NCBI GenBank assembly: GCA_012295275.1
Contig: CM022674.1
Span: 17,608,001-17,672,000, forward strand
Reading direction: 5' to 3'
Source of the DNA: Chrysomallon squamiferum
Lineage: Eukaryota; Animalia; Mollusca
Length of the DNA: 64,000 nt
This document shows positions 37,221 through 52,308 of the stretch, in pieces (within the stretch, counting starts at the first letter, position 1; the number at the start of each line of letters is the position of its first letter). Both the position numbers and the translations under genes were made by a program. Below the pieces are notes generated by a model. It had not been told where the DNA came from. It ran no database searches and saw only the letters and a list, made by a program, of their open reading frames with translations.

Positions 37221-38754
37221 TTTTTTTTTTTACACTGAATTCACAGAAAAAGTTATATATTCACTCTGTGTTTGAAATAAATTCACAACTATTGTGAATA
37301 AATATTTTTATTTTACACTAGTTTCACTTTCTTTCCATTGGTTATTAATAAAGACAAGTAACAATTGATTCAAAAGTTAAAAAGATTTTTTATTCACAAA
37401 AATCATGATTATTAACTGATTTACAACAATTTTTTTTTTTTTTTTAAATGGTTAACAAACAAATCGAAGATATTTTACAAATTATTAAAAGGATAATGAG
37501 CAAACAGTTTGGAATGATTTTTCATTCTCAATGTTCAATCATGCCTGTACTGGGCACCCTATTCGAGTAAATTTAGAAGTTAATTTCACTGATAATTAAT
37601 TGCAAACATTTAAATTAAAATTAATAATCATTAAACATAATTATTATTAATAAGAAAATATGAAATACTAATTATAATAACAAATTTAATTTAAAATGTA
37701 CAATAATTATTACCTATATGAAAATGAAAAATGATATTAATAATAACAAATTACATTTAATTTAAAATACATGTATGTAAAATAATTGTTAAATCATAAT
37801 TATTTTTTCAGTACGAAAATGTAAAATAATAATTATCATAACAAATTAGGAATAAGCTGAACACTCACAATGACTGTTTTATGGCTAAACACAAAGCCTG
37901 GATTTCATCTAGTTTTATCACAGTTCAGTTTTTTCCCTTTCATGGTTTAATAATGTGTTATGAATCTGCTAATGTAAAAATATTATAACAGTAATCTGTT
38001 ATGAATAGGGAAATAAAAAAGCAATTGTTATTCTAAAATAAAATATGCAATGAAAGTATTATGCTAAATATTATGAATAAAATTAAAAATATAACTTTTG
38101 TAACAATGTAACAATTAGGAATGGGGAAAAGCAAAATATTTATTACGTATTTGTTTGTTTTTTCTGAATATTCAAATGTAAAATATAACAAATTATGAAT
38201 GATCAAATGTTAACTGAAAAAAAGACAAATAAAAATGTATTACAACTTTCTTCATTTCAGAACATTTTAGTAACAGCAGTATGTAAGTGCATGTATTCAT
38301 GTATGTATGTATGTATGTATGTATGTATGTATGTATGTATGTATGTATGTTTGTATGTTTGTAGTCCATATACTTGTATGTGTGTGTGTTTATGAGCATA
38401 TACAGAAAAGATGAACACAATACAAGTCAATAAAAATAATTTAAGTGGGATTTTGTATACATATTGTAAATATAAAGAAATGAGAAAGAGTTCTGTTAAC
38501 ATATTCAAAAACAGGTTTAATAACAGATGTAAAGTTATTCTTCAAAAATAAATTATATATATATATATATGGTGTTTTTTTGGAATATATTATATTGATA
38601 GGTATCTGGAATCATGGATAAAAGGTATTTGTGAAGGCAAACACACGCACATATGCATAAGTATATTGGCACAAATGTATACATGCAAACATATATATAT
38701 ATATATATACTAAAGGATATATATATACACATATATATATAACACAAAGGATAG

Positions 38755-38785
<31 letters not shown>

Positions 38786-38811
38786 TGTGTGTACAAATAT
38801 ATATCTATCTA

Positions 38812-38860
<49 letters not shown>

Positions 38861-38877
38861 ATAGATAGGCACATCAA

Positions 38878-38908
<31 letters not shown>

Positions 38909-40089
38909 TATATACACACACATACACACACATACACACATATACACACACACAGACCCTGTACACAAAATGTGGATTCACATGATGTAATTTTCTAAAG
39001 AACATTTTCAATGTAACTCCATTCACTGATTACACTGATTTCTTTCAATGAACATTGCAACAAATGACAGCAAAATAATCTTATTTCCAGTACACTCAAA
39101 ATTACCACACGTAATTATAAACATCTTTGGTAATATAAATCTTGCGTGTGACAGAAATTTTTTTTTTTAAGAATAATGTGGTTTTTTGGGTGTTTTGTTT
39201 AAATGGTATAAATACATACAGATATTATAACACAGCCACTGATAAAGTAATGGTATTATAATATACATGTTAATAATTATAGTGTACAAATGCATAATAC
39301 AGTGATCATAATTAATTGTATAATGACAATATTAAACAAATCATGTCCAATTAAATATACATCTGATCAAAGGAATTTATATAAAGATTTTACCAGCTGG
39401 TGCAAAACATTTGATACATATAATTACAAATAAACAGTCAAAAAATATATTAGTTTGCACATAAAAACAGACATAAAGTATATATATTCATACATGAATA
39501 CACTGAAACATACATTCTGTATATTTATATGTTATTAATTTATTGTTTTGGTTCATCTATCACTGCATCTAACAAAGTATGACAATAAAATAATATGAAA
39601 TAATGTTAGAAATGAATATGTATTTCAAACCAATTATAACACCCTGTGTTATGTTGTTATACTTAATTATTAATTAAGATTGGACAGCAAAAAATATAAA
39701 ATAAATAAAATAGAATTTGGAAATATGCAGACTATTTCTTCGTATCACCAAAAATAAATTTAATAAAAACTTTTAGACCACTTTCTCAAGCAATAGTTAA
39801 ATGCACTTAGCAAATTAATGTAGAATAAAATAATTTAAAAAAAGGGTATTATTGTTTCTGTAATAAAAGAAGAAGAATAACAAATGTTCTGATTCACAAC
39901 CTTTATAAAAATCATTTCAAAACAGTAAGAAAACAAAATACAACCATGTAAGTTAAACTAACAATCTTAAACCTGTAGTTTCTTAATCAGCAATTTCGTC
40001 CAAAGTGTTTACAATCAGTTCCATATGTTAAAATGTCGAACAATAAATTCAGCTTGACCTAACCATTAAAGTTAATTATTTGTTTGTCT

Positions 40090-40816
40090 TCACGTTTCAA
40101 TTTTTCTGTCAATTATTTTCTGAAATGATCCAGACTGATTTTGTACATTCTTCAAGGTCTGAAGAACCTGTAAATAAAAAGGGAAGAAATAGTGGCAGGT
40201 TATTTTGTGTATGACATTTACGTAGATATTTAAGTATATTATAACTGTTAGTTACTGGCAAATGATTGCAGTGTGATGTCGCCCATCATTTGTACAGTAA
40301 GTAGCAATTTTTATTTATTAACATATTATTTGTTTAATCCTCATTTCTTATTTTTGTCTTAAATTAATTATTTTATTTTATTAATTAGAGAGAGAAATAC
40401 ACAGAGAGGTACAGATATGTATAGCTTTGTTTTGTTCTGTTTTGTTTTTGTTTGTTTAAGTTTTTTTGATGGAGGAATTATTTTTATTCATATTTAAATT
40501 GTAATTAATATTAGACAGGTTTTTTTTTAAAGTTTTTTTTTGGAGAGCTGTTAAGGGGAGACAACTCACCTTTTTAATGGTTGGCCTGTCCTTTGAGTGC
40601 TGTGACCAGCAACTCTGCATGAGATCTTTGTACTGCGGCATCATGTTTGTTACACTGTTCAGCCGCGGCCTGCTTCCACGATTCACCAGCTCTATCACCT
40701 GTAAACACACTGCTGTTGTTTAACACACACATCAACATATCACAGGTGTGTACATACTAATGTGTGTTTGTACACCAACGCTCACAAACACACACACTCA
40801 CACACACATGGTTTGA

Positions 40817-40863
<47 letters not shown>

Positions 40864-41337
40864 CAAGTGCATGTAAATAAACTAATTTATACATGCATTT
40901 GGATACTAATATAAGTACCTTTACAGAGATACATATGCATTCAAGTATGCAAAAACACATATATAGAGAAATATATTAATAAATCAACTCAAATACATTT
41001 GTACACAGATACATGCAGACACATTCACACCCACACATATATTATTGCACATATATATACACATGCACACACTCAAACAATATACACAAATACACACAAA
41101 AATAACAGATTGTATCACACTACATCTTGCTATGTGGTGGTATCTTCAAACTGGTCTTAACACACACATACACACACACACACATACACAAACAACAAAT
41201 TGTATCAAATTACCTCTTCCTCCTTCCAAACACATCCACACACAAACACACAAACATATACACAAACAAATCACATCAAACTACACCTTCTGTGGTCTCA
41301 TCAAACAGGTCTTATCACACAAACACACACAGAAACA

Positions 41338-41374
<37 letters not shown>

Positions 41375-41476
41375 AAACAAACACACACATACAAAAACAC
41401 ACACACACACACAAACACATAAAAATCACATCAAACTACCTCTTCCTCTGTGGCGATCTCTTCAAACAGGTCTTAA

Positions 41477-41533
<57 letters not shown>

Positions 41534-41973
41534 CGTCACACATACAGTGACACAAACACACAAAAATCACATCAAACTACCTCTTCCTCGGTGACGATGT
41601 CTTCAAATGGGTCTTCACAGACAAACAGCTCCCACATTACAAGTCCAAACGAGTAAACATCGGCTGCCGTTGTGATCACTGCATCATCCTCGAGTACAGT
41701 GGGGTTCTGCAGTATTTCTGGAGCTGTCCAGCGAATGTTGGCTGGACATGCACTGTAGTTACGACGACCTGTAAAGTTACCTGTGTCTTTGTACAGTCCA
41801 TTTAGTAACTATTCTAAAACTTAACAGCTGTTGAGATTAAATTTTATGTTTCTTTTATTTTTATTTTTAAATGAATATTTTAAGATTATATACATACTTA
41901 CATACACAGATACACACACACACACACACACACACATATAAACACATACACACCTAGTTAAACATAAATGGAC

Positions 41974-42014
<41 letters not shown>

Positions 42015-42685
42015 TATACACATACATATGTATACAAAAACTATACATACATTAACATATGCAGTTATACTCTCATATTTATATATACAAACATTAATGT
42101 TCAAATATGTACCCTTATTGAATTATATTAATAAACTACTAGAACACATGAACAACAGAAAATCTTAAATGGTTTCATATCAGTCTACAGCTTTGCTAAT
42201 GGGAGATAACTCTGCCAAGAAAAACACATAATATTGTCTACCATAGTTCTTAAAAGGCATTATGGGTAAAGTATAAAAACATATTTTCTTTATTTAATTT
42301 TTTATTTATTTATTTATTTATTATCATTATCAGTACTTTATATAAATAATCATTATATGTATAAGATTTTTATTTTTATATTAAATCTCTCATTTTTGCA
42401 TTAAAATATTCACATAAAGATTCACCAATACTAAGCTAAAAGTTTATTTTCCTTTTGAAATAAAATCTTGGTCTTCTACATCCATGTTTTTCTCACAGAA
42501 ATGGGAACAGACTGATACAAATTCAATAATTTCTATTTATTGTTCAGTTACTGACTCTTGTTCATAACAATAATGTCTGCCATTTTTCTTTCAAGGAATT
42601 GTGGGTAAAACTCACAGCAGCAGTCTTCCTTTGTACAGTTCTGTCTTAGTGGCTGTATCATTTTTGTCTGTCCAAAATCAGCAAC
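40090..42685 (-). CDS. TKL-group protein kinase C-lobe exons (42616-42685, 41581-41768, 40570-40698, 40090-40167)
   Basis: VADFG, IRWTAPE, DVYSFGLVMWE, CWSQHSKDRPT; canonical splice sites with consistent phases; stop at 40090. Confidence 0.9.
41100..41475. repeat. About 4 degenerate intronic copies of the kinase exon 3' end and donor, separated by (CA)n
   Basis: aatcacatcaaactacctcttcctc...cgat.tcttcaaa..ggtctt at 41424-41475 copies the true junction at about 41565-41616; older copies near 41270, 41200 and 41110. Confidence 0.8.
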
Positions 42686-44128
42686 CTGAAATTTTATAAA
42701 AATTAAAATTTATTTATAATTCACCAAATTTGTCTTTAAGAATCTGAAGTATAGCCTACAAGAACCTTGTTTGAAACAAACCTCTTAAGAAAATAATAAG
42801 AAATTTTATTTTAAAAAAAACAACAATTCTACTGACATTGTCAGAACAGTCAGAGATTGTGTTCATGATAACCATGAATTAAAAACTCTTTGACAGCAGA
42901 AAAACGAAATATTATAGTTGACCACACCAAGCGTGCTTTAACAGATCTTTGAATGGAATGTAAAAAGTTAGAATGAAATTTAAAATAATAATTCTTTTAA
43001 AATTCTCCACATCTCTTTTAAACTGATTTATAATTTTTTTTATTTATTTGTTTTCTTATTTTTATTAATATTTTATTTTATTTTATTTTATTTTATTTTA
43101 TTTTATTTTATTTAATTGCTGGAAATAAATTACGAGGGATCTTTTATATGCACTTTCACTAAAACTACTTGGCCTATGATCCAACAATAACAGAGCACTG
43201 TCTGACCTGGGAATACACAATTATGTTGTTATGAGTGTGTAACTAATACACTAGATTAAGATCACATTACTGACACTATTAAATTATTATCTAAATTTGT
43301 TATCTACATACTGAATATAAACAATTACTCTGTATAGTGTGCACTGTAAGCTACATAATAAGGTGTAAAGAAATATAACTCTCCAGTGAGGTTTAATGTG
43401 AGTGTTGTATGATGTACCAAGTGTTATAACATTATTTGTATAAATAATTTTGTTACTAGGTAAATAGGTTAGTATTGGAGAGGACTTAAAATTCATCATC
43501 ATTCGATTAGCACATCAGTAAAAATAAAACAATTAATTGGTTTATTGTTGTTGTTTGCGTATGTTTCTATTGTTGCTGTTTTTTTTATTTGTTGTTTTTT
43601 TTAACTGGTTTTTTATTTTTTATTATTATTATTATTTTTATTTTACTTAAACTTTGAAAATATTCAAATTAAATGTCACACATTTATTGAAATTTTCTTC
43701 AAATTGGTGAAATGTGATTAATGGCAGACTTGAAAAGAGCTCTGCAAATTACAAAACTACAATAACAATAACAACAACAACACCAACAGCAACAATAATC
43801 ATTTTAGTTATATGTGATGAGTTGTTCAGCTATTATTCAAGTGTTTCATTTAGAAAATATTTTTCTACAAATGTACTCCAAGATATTGAAAGTTGTGTTC
43901 ATGTCATGACTAGAAGATATCTTTTTTCTTTTATTTTCTGATTTTTTTTATAGATTTTTTAATTCCTTTCTTTCTTTCTTTTCTTTCTTTCCTTCTTTTC
44001 CTTTTCTTTCTTTCTTTCTTTTATTTTCTCTTTTTGTTTGCTGGAAGAGGGAATTTTTTGGGGTGGGTTTTCTCTAGTAGTAGTAGTAATAGAAGTGGTA
44101 ATATATTTATTATGATTATTATTATTAC

Positions 44129-44206
<78 letters not shown>

Positions 44207-44220
44207 TACAATACATTTAC

Positions 44221-44866
44221 CTGAATTATTGACAGTCAAACAGCCATTTGGACAACAGCACTGGTGATGAAGTTCTGCTGTCTATAAACAAATAAATAAA
44301 TATATTTGAAAAATGCATCCAGTAAAATAATAAATTAAAACAATAATGAATACAGCAACAAAGCATGAAGAAATGGACACAAAATTAATTATTATATTTT
44401 CAACAAATCTTGCATGTGAAGCAAAAAAAATGGAGAAGAAAAAATGTATTTTAGTTTATCCTACCTAATGAATGCACACTTTTAAAATCCCATATTTTAA
44501 AATTTGAACCTTATAAAGAGTGCCAAAAATTCCTGTTTTCAAATTCCAAAATTTACAATTATTATTTTTGATTTTTAATATTAACACTGCACCTATTTTT
44601 AAAATACTTTATATGAACTTCCCAAATTTTATATTTAAAATTTCATACCACATTTCCAACACCAGAATCTTCAATAATTTTAAACAAACCATCATCAGGT
44701 TCTTTTCTCGTTGCATCACAAATTAACTTAATTATTGTTTTCCTTTGTTGCACTGACCTAAAAAAACAACAACATTTGTTTAAATAAATATATAAATAAA
44801 TTAATGTTATTCTTTTTATTTACATCAAAGTCATTTTTGTTTAAATGTTACTTTAGACGTGTGTGT

Positions 44867-44924
<58 letters not shown>

Positions 44925-45726
44925 CCAATGTTTAGAAATATGAAATTTTGTAAATTATATACCCTGAAAATAAAAGTATGTTGTTATGCTTATAAATATA
45001 AGACCAGTATCTATCGAATGCAATAAAACTATTTTTATATATATTTATAAATAAAACACATACACATTAAAAATTAATTCTTATTATTTAAAAATGATAT
45101 CTGCAAGTATTTATATACATTAAAAGCAAATTATTTTTATTTACAAATATTAAATTTGCACATATAGCAATCTGAAAGACCATACATTCAAATATTCACA
45201 AATATAAGATCTATTTTACCTATATATTCAGCAAAAATAAATTCTAATAATTTATTTATGAATATAGTGAATAAATGTTTGTTAATTCATATACAACAGA
45301 AACATTATTCTGTTTAGAAATATGAGATTTACATCTACTTATATCAAACAAAAACAAATTTCAATATTTGTTAACATGAAATATGTACAGATCTGTATGC
45401 AACAAAAATAATTAATTTTGATTATAAATACTGAATTGTTTATAAAATTCATAATTATATTTTTGTTTTTAATATTATGAAGAGAAAATGTGTCTGTGTA
45501 CATACTAATGAAGTTTGTACATGCTTATAAATCTAGTGAAAATAAATGCAATCTGCATGTACCTATCAGCATTAAGAACAAAACTGTTTATTTAAAATTT
45601 TTAGATCTTTGCTACCTGTAATCTTCAAAACAAATATATTTAGATATATAAATTAAAATTTTAACATACTTTCAATAAAACCATGTTCTTTTGTTCTTCT
45701 TCTTATTCTTCTTCTTATTATTATTG

Positions 45727-45769
<43 letters not shown>

Positions 45770-46484
45770 TAAAGTAGCTAATAATAATTATTATTTTTTT
45801 TTTTTTAATCATCATCATTACTGATCTTAATGTATATAAATGTAACTGTACCTACATGAATAAAACAAATTCTTATATCGATTAAACCTAAAATGAAATT
45901 TAAGAAATGTTGCTGTATATTTCCAATTACTAAATACAAATAATGATCCACTGATAAATATGAAGTGTGTAAGTACTTGTCTCCAGTAAAGACCAGTGCT
46001 GAGTTGGTGTGGTTGTTCCTGATATCTCGAATGACTTGGAACTTGGCGTAGTTCTGCAAACCAAGAGTAAAATATTGTTTCTGTTCTTTGATGTTGAACT
46101 TACATACCTGATAAAAAAAAAAAATTTAAAAAAAAAAAAATGAAAAAGAGATGAAACATTTTGTAGCTGACAGTTAAACATTAATTAATAATTATAGAAA
46201 CAGAGAGCAAGAATGTGTGTAAGTGAAAGACAGACAGTGAAAGGGAGAAAGAAAGAAAGGTATAAACAGGGAAAAAGAAATACAGATGGAGAATGAGAGA
46301 CAGAAAGAATGAGAGAGATATAGAAATAGACTGATAGAGAATAAGACAGTGAAAGAGAAAAAGAGAGTGAGAGAGACAGAGAGAAAATGAGAGAGAGAGT
46401 AATTGATGGGGTAGAAAATGAGATAGAGAAAGAGAGAGAAAGAATGCGGGCAAAATAAATAACAGAGATGAAAACAAAAAGTGA

Positions 46485-46553
<69 letters not shown>

Positions 46554-46579
46554 TAAACTATTTGTCAAGGCTAATTAAA

Positions 46580-46640
<61 letters not shown>

Positions 46641-48018
46641 AAACTATTTGTCAAGGCTAATTAAATAAAAGAGAGAGAGAGAGACAAATAAGATGATCTG
46701 GATCTATTATGTCTAAATGTCTAAATGTACGTGTTTAAATATTATATTTATGAATGTGGATGTATGTGAAATGGACATATGACAGTTAATGGTATCCATG
46801 TTAATGTAGATATAAGTAAACAACAAAAAATTTTCACTGCAACTAAATAACATCCATACCCTTGCACAATGTCAGTGTTGACTTGAGACATGTTGTGTGA
46901 TAAACACGGGTTAAGAGTATAGTTGTAAGACTTCCCTGAACTCACAACTCATAGGTCATGGTAAAGAAAAGAATTGGTGAAGTGTGAAATATGAAACATA
47001 ATAACCACAATGAACAACAACAAAAATTGAAATTGTAAATAGTAAAATCCTATTTTATTATCTGATCTTAAAACCACAATATTCCTGAGAATGATAATGT
47101 TGATGATGAAGATAATAATTATGATGATTATCTTGATGACAATAATAATGCTGCTGCTACTGATGAAGATGATTATAATAATAGATGATGGTTGCAGAAA
47201 TGGTGTTTTTATGCTGGTGATATTACCAGTATATTGTGATAAACATGATAACATAAGAGATGTTTGTGGTAAATTTCTGGTAAATCAGTGATAACAATCA
47301 TCACACTTATAATGGTAAAAGTCAAATTTAATATTTTGTAATAATGATTATGATGATCATGGTTGTAATATGTTGTAAAAGCTGATGATGGTGCAGATGA
47401 TAATCCATGGTTGAATGTTACCAGTGATAGCAGTGTTGGTAGTCAAAGTAATAATGTTCTTGTGGTTGTGGTTTAACAGTACATGGTAAAGTTAGTGTTT
47501 GTGTTAGTGGTTTTGACTGTAAGACCAGTTACAAAACAGTTTTGAAGAATAAGCATATTCAGTTTTAAATAATATGTCAGAATACAAATTAATAATTTCA
47601 GTCAAAAATCATTTTAATTTTGTTATGATTTATTTATTTAGCTTTTTTTTTTCTTCTTAATATTTATTATTACAATGCATGTATTTATTTATTCAATTTA
47701 TTTTAAAGAAATAATCCTCTTTTTTATTACTTACAAAAAGAACCCCAGTGTAGTTAAGTTAATTTAGATGTATTTGCATAAAAAAAATAAGAAGCAGCAT
47801 TTATAAAAATTCGAATACATTACAAAAATCTGCATGCATTACCTCGGCAAGCCATCACTGCGTTGTAAACTTTTCAAATCAATTATGTCTCTTGTGCTTA
47901 TAACCAGTTTACATGAGCCTATTTGTATAAACGGGACAGCTACATAGTCATTAGAAACGGCAGATTCAGGAGAATTAATCAGCATAAAGACGACAAAACT
48001 AATGATTAGCGAACTCAT
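44221..48018 (-). CDS. Signal peptide + MRH (mannose-6-phosphate receptor homology)-like domain exons (47843-48018, 46838 to about 46940/46980, 45977-46107, 44649-44757, 44221-44281)
   Basis: MSSLIISFVVFMLINS..., IIDLKSL..SDGLPR, YNYTLNPC, CYLVAVCK..YFTLG, RKTIIKLICD, ELHHQCCCPNGC follow the Cys/motif order of invertebrate M6PR-like domains; the exon 2 acceptor is unresolved. Confidence 0.7.
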
Positions 48019-48089
48019 CGCATTTCTTCTCACATACGAGAGTTCCGATAACAACCACCGATCGGAAACTGCTGGTGTGATGTCACTGT

Positions 48090-48240
48090 TCAACGTTTAC
48101 TAAAATCGGGTCATAAGCTGAATTAGGTCAGGTCGTCCTGTCAATAATTGCGCTTCTTGAAATTCATTGGTTAACGTATTTTTAAAAATGACCGGCCGAG
48201 TCTGCAATAAACCACGCCCAATATCATTGTTATTTTAAAT
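48090..48240. promoter_or_regulatory. Candidate promoter of the MRH/kinase gene
   Basis: CpG-richer patch with ATTGG/CCAAT and CCACGCCC motifs immediately upstream of the ATG at 48018. Confidence 0.4.
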
Positions 48241-48661
48241 ACGTGCTCTTAATCCTTGGCTAGAAGCAAGTGTAAATATTTCAAATAGGATTAAAGATAT
48301 TTTGTACTGATTAACTGTAGTTATGTAATTTAAATGTAATAATGCCACAGAGACAGCAGCACTCAAAAATTAAGCTAAATGTTTTTCTTTGGTTCTTTTT
48401 TTAAATTTCATGCGGATGGTTGATAAAGGGAAGCAACCAGTAAAGTGTATATAATGAAAGCTGTTGCTGTTAAATCCCTTTGACATACGGATTGCGCTGG
48501 CAGTATAATAATTTTATATTTTTTTTTTTATTTTTTTTTTTTTGTTAGTTTTGTTTAGTTAGTTAACATATTGGTATTATATTTATTAGTTGTTTTTTTG
48601 TTTTTTTTTTTTTTTTTTTTTGTTTGTTTTTGTTTTATTTGTTTTATTTGATTATGGTGAT

Positions 48662-48707
<46 letters not shown>

Positions 48708-50028
48708 TTTCTTTGTCATAAAAAAAGATGGAACGAATATTAAGAAGAAGGAAAAGAAGAAATAGCATTTAAAATGATCAGCTTGTCATTAGGCCTATAC
48801 ATTTCTTTTTTTTTATTTTATTTTATTTTATTTTCATTGTATAGTTTAATTTTAATGTAGTTATGTGTGAAAATACAAGTTTTCTCATTAAGAAATATCC
48901 AAACACATTTGAAACAGTAATAACCCCAAGCACAGCGACAGGGAACGATCACCCAACCTTCAGCACGATATACTCTTAATTTTCAGATGTCATTATAGTT
49001 TCCATAGATCACGTGACCAAGGACAGCGACACGTGTTTAAAAGTGGCCTGTTCATAGTGTTTTTAGTGAAATGGACATGTAGATCGATTGGTATTAACTC
49101 CAGATGCTTTCCGCAATAAATATTAAAATCCAGTTTAATACGTCCACAAATGTTGGTGCGATTATTATTTGCGCTAAATTCATTTGTTTGTTTGTTTTTG
49201 TTTTTTTTTTTTTTTTTTTTTTTTTTTGTTTTTTTTTTTTTTCAGTTTTCTTTTTTTGTTTTTTTGTTTATATTTTTTTTTTTTTATTTATTTATTTATT
49301 TATTTATTTTTTTTTTTTTTTTTTTTTTTTTTTCTAGAATGACACTGTATTATTCATGGACAGACGATATGACAGGAAGATACTGAATATCAGAAAGAAT
49401 TCTAGCTACAAACAACACCAGGAAATATAGAAATTACAATGAAACCTTTTTTCGAATGAAAGTTCATCTACATGTTATTAAAAATGTGTAAACACTGAGT
49501 GAAGCCCAACAACATATTAGTTCCAGAAGCGAGATATCTAAGTGAAGCGTGCATACAACCCATTCTTAAACTGACACCCTGCAGTCTTCATTAACTGCGC
49601 AAATACAATTTTCTGTCTATTTATAGATGCCACAAAGGATGTTTTGGCCTTCTGTTCCTTTCAAATATTTAATAATCGACAATGAACTAAACCAAACACG
49701 TTTATTTAAATAAGTTATGTTACTGAAACAATGACATTTATTATATTAATGTTGGTATTTCCCTGTCTATAAATAGCAAGAACCGTAACTCTGGATGAAA
49801 TTATCCGCAACGGTTCAGTGTGTAAACCAGTGTATTTGATGCATTGAATTTGTAGAGAGACAGAATGTATTCCCTAGCGAAATCCTCTGCTTAAGTATGT
49901 TGTGTTTGTGTCTGTTTTTATATGTTTATACCTAGTGTGTCTGCATAATTAATGTGTATATAATATTGTTATAATGTTTGAATGTATCTGCGTGTCTTTG
50001 TATATGCATTTGTATGTGTACGTGTGTT

Positions 50029-50070
<42 letters not shown>

Positions 50071-50369
50071 TGTGTGTGTTTCACGTCGGTTTTTAAATGA
50101 CACAAAAGACAGAAAGGTAAAAGGCAATTTTACTAAACAAGAGACAACTAACAAAACATTTTTTGAAAAACCTGATCCACGACAGTTCACAACAATATAT
50201 GCAACATAACAATACATGACTTGTCAACCCTCACAGTCTCTTAAATAGCGTTATGAGCGTAGGTGTGTATATATGTATGTATATTATGTGTGTGTATGTT
50301 TTTTTTTTTTGTGTGTGTGTGTGTGTGTGGTAAACCTATATATATATAGATTACAGCCAATATGTGAAA

Positions 50370-51300
50370 GAAGTCATCTGGTCTAATGCCTGAAATGTTT
50401 AGGTTTAGCCTAACTCCCAAGACTGTCAGACATTTGGCCTAATGTCTAAGATTTCCAATAAATAGACCAAACGACTGAAATAGACCTCAAGTCATTAGGC
50501 AAAATGACTGAATGAAAAAGAGTGACTTACAATTGGATGAAGAGATTTATTTCGTAACTCATATAGTAGTGTTCTATTTATTACAGCAGTTCAAACGTTT
50601 GTTCTCGAAACATACACGTTTTGTTTGACACCTCTTTTTTCCTCTATAGTTGCATTTCACAATCCCTTGTCCTCCTGCGTAACTCCTTTGACACTGCTGC
50701 TCTAAAAACATTTTAACACATCATACAACAAAAGCAGTCTCTGGGAGCATACATCAAACTGGTTCTTGGTAGACTGTTCATTGTCATCAGTATCTACAAT
50801 CACACCCAGCAGGCTCCTGGGGTCACCACGGCCCCTGTCCACAGCTGGAACAGGCACTGCCACGTTGTCTCTCTCTCCTTCTTCTCCGGCAGACAACACA
50901 ACGCGACTGCGTTTGATCATCCGCTCGTCTTGCTGAAACTGTTCATCTTCGGCGAATTTTTACTTGGCGCTGACGTCGACACAGGAACTCTACTTTCGGC
51001 GTCAACTGGTCATCCTCGGAGTGGGACCGCAGCTGGTCAGACCTGGCGTCTTCATCTGTTTGGCGTTTCTTGCTCAGTTTCTGCACGTCTGCGCACTTAA
51101 GAATTTCAAACGTGGACATGAGGTAGTAAGTACACGTGGTGGGTTTCTCCTATGGTCAGCAGATATTTTCTTTAGCTGGTCCATAATCAAGAAGTACTTA
51201 TCCTTTGGAATGTACACTCCCTGCGTAACTCATACTTCTTAATCAATCACTCTTAAAACGGACTTCCAAAAGAACCACAGTGATGGAAAAATAAGTGATC
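50370..51300 (-). mobile_element. Internally deleted KRBA2/Ginger-like integrase-family DNA transposon remnant
   Basis: RMIKRSR...NVAVPVPAVDRGRGDPRSLLGVI...NQFDVC...GGQGIVKCN...CCNK* resembles the C-terminus of KRBA2-like transposases; short repeated gtcat.tggc.taa motifs at 50370-50510. Confidence 0.7.
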
Positions 51301-51347
51301 TGAATGCATTCAGGAACTACTGCATTTTATACCACCTATTATCACGG

Positions 51348-51399
<52 letters not shown>

Positions 51400-52243
51400 C
51401 ACACACACACACAAACACACGCATGCATATGCATACATACATACTAACAATACATACACACATAGTTATATGTATTGTTTTTCATCACCGTTACAAACAT
51501 CCTAAGGGATTAAGTAAATCATCTTTGTTTTGTTTTCAAAGATAAAACGTTATTTAAAATATTATCATAGTGGGGAAAAACGCCTCGCTTGGACATGCCA
51601 TCAGCAAATTAAAATAAAATATATTTAACTATAGGAACCAAAGTTATAAAGCCAAAGTCGTCAAGTTACAATCCATCCAATCTAACAACAGACATATGAT
51701 TAATTAAAATACCTAAATACTTAATACATTAATACATAATGATATTAGCCGCCTCAAAATATGTCTTACCCGAGTAAATTGATTACGGCAATAATCTTGA
51801 CAACAACTAAAACACCTAAATACATTAATACGTAACGATATGAGCCGAGTGCTATAAAATAACGCAAAGACCAGTGTCCAGTTGACCTGTCAGAAAGCGT
51901 GCCCGTCGCAGACGTGCTTCACAACAGCTTGCTCTGATTAGCACGTTAATTTTTTTCCTATCCTATCCTAGTGTCCAGTTACAACGCACTTGGCTGTCCA
52001 GCACTAAACACTTCGGAACTCGGCTCATCTCACTTTCATTTTTATATTTAGACTGGACCCCATTGCTCCCAGACTGCATTCCCCAAAGTATTTATATAGC
52101 AAAATACCCACGGTTAAAATCACCAAAGACAAAAATAAACACGGTTATAATATTCATGAGTTTTTGCATAAACTAGATTTTGTGTTTATAATCAACCTTT
52201 TATATGTCTGTGTGTTTGTATTTATGATTATTAGTTGTATTAA

Positions 52244-52308
<65 letters not shown>

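Noticed and set aside
43670-43741. Possible exon ELFSSLPLITFHQFEENFNKCDI* after the MRH exons
   Set aside because: The acceptor and phase are plausible, but there is no TM or kinase motif and no independent support
46949-46951. In-frame TGA codons (here and at 3667) as selenocysteine or recoding
   Set aside because: No SECIS was recognised; the 3667 TGA replaces an expected Trp in a gene with many other lesions
47915-47945. IQIG tetrad (VPFIQIGSCK) in exon 1 of the MRH/kinase gene as a partner RHIM
   Set aside because: It follows a signal peptide, so it would be luminal; it lacks the downstream N-x-hydrophobic RHIM pattern and sits at the start of the MRH-like domain
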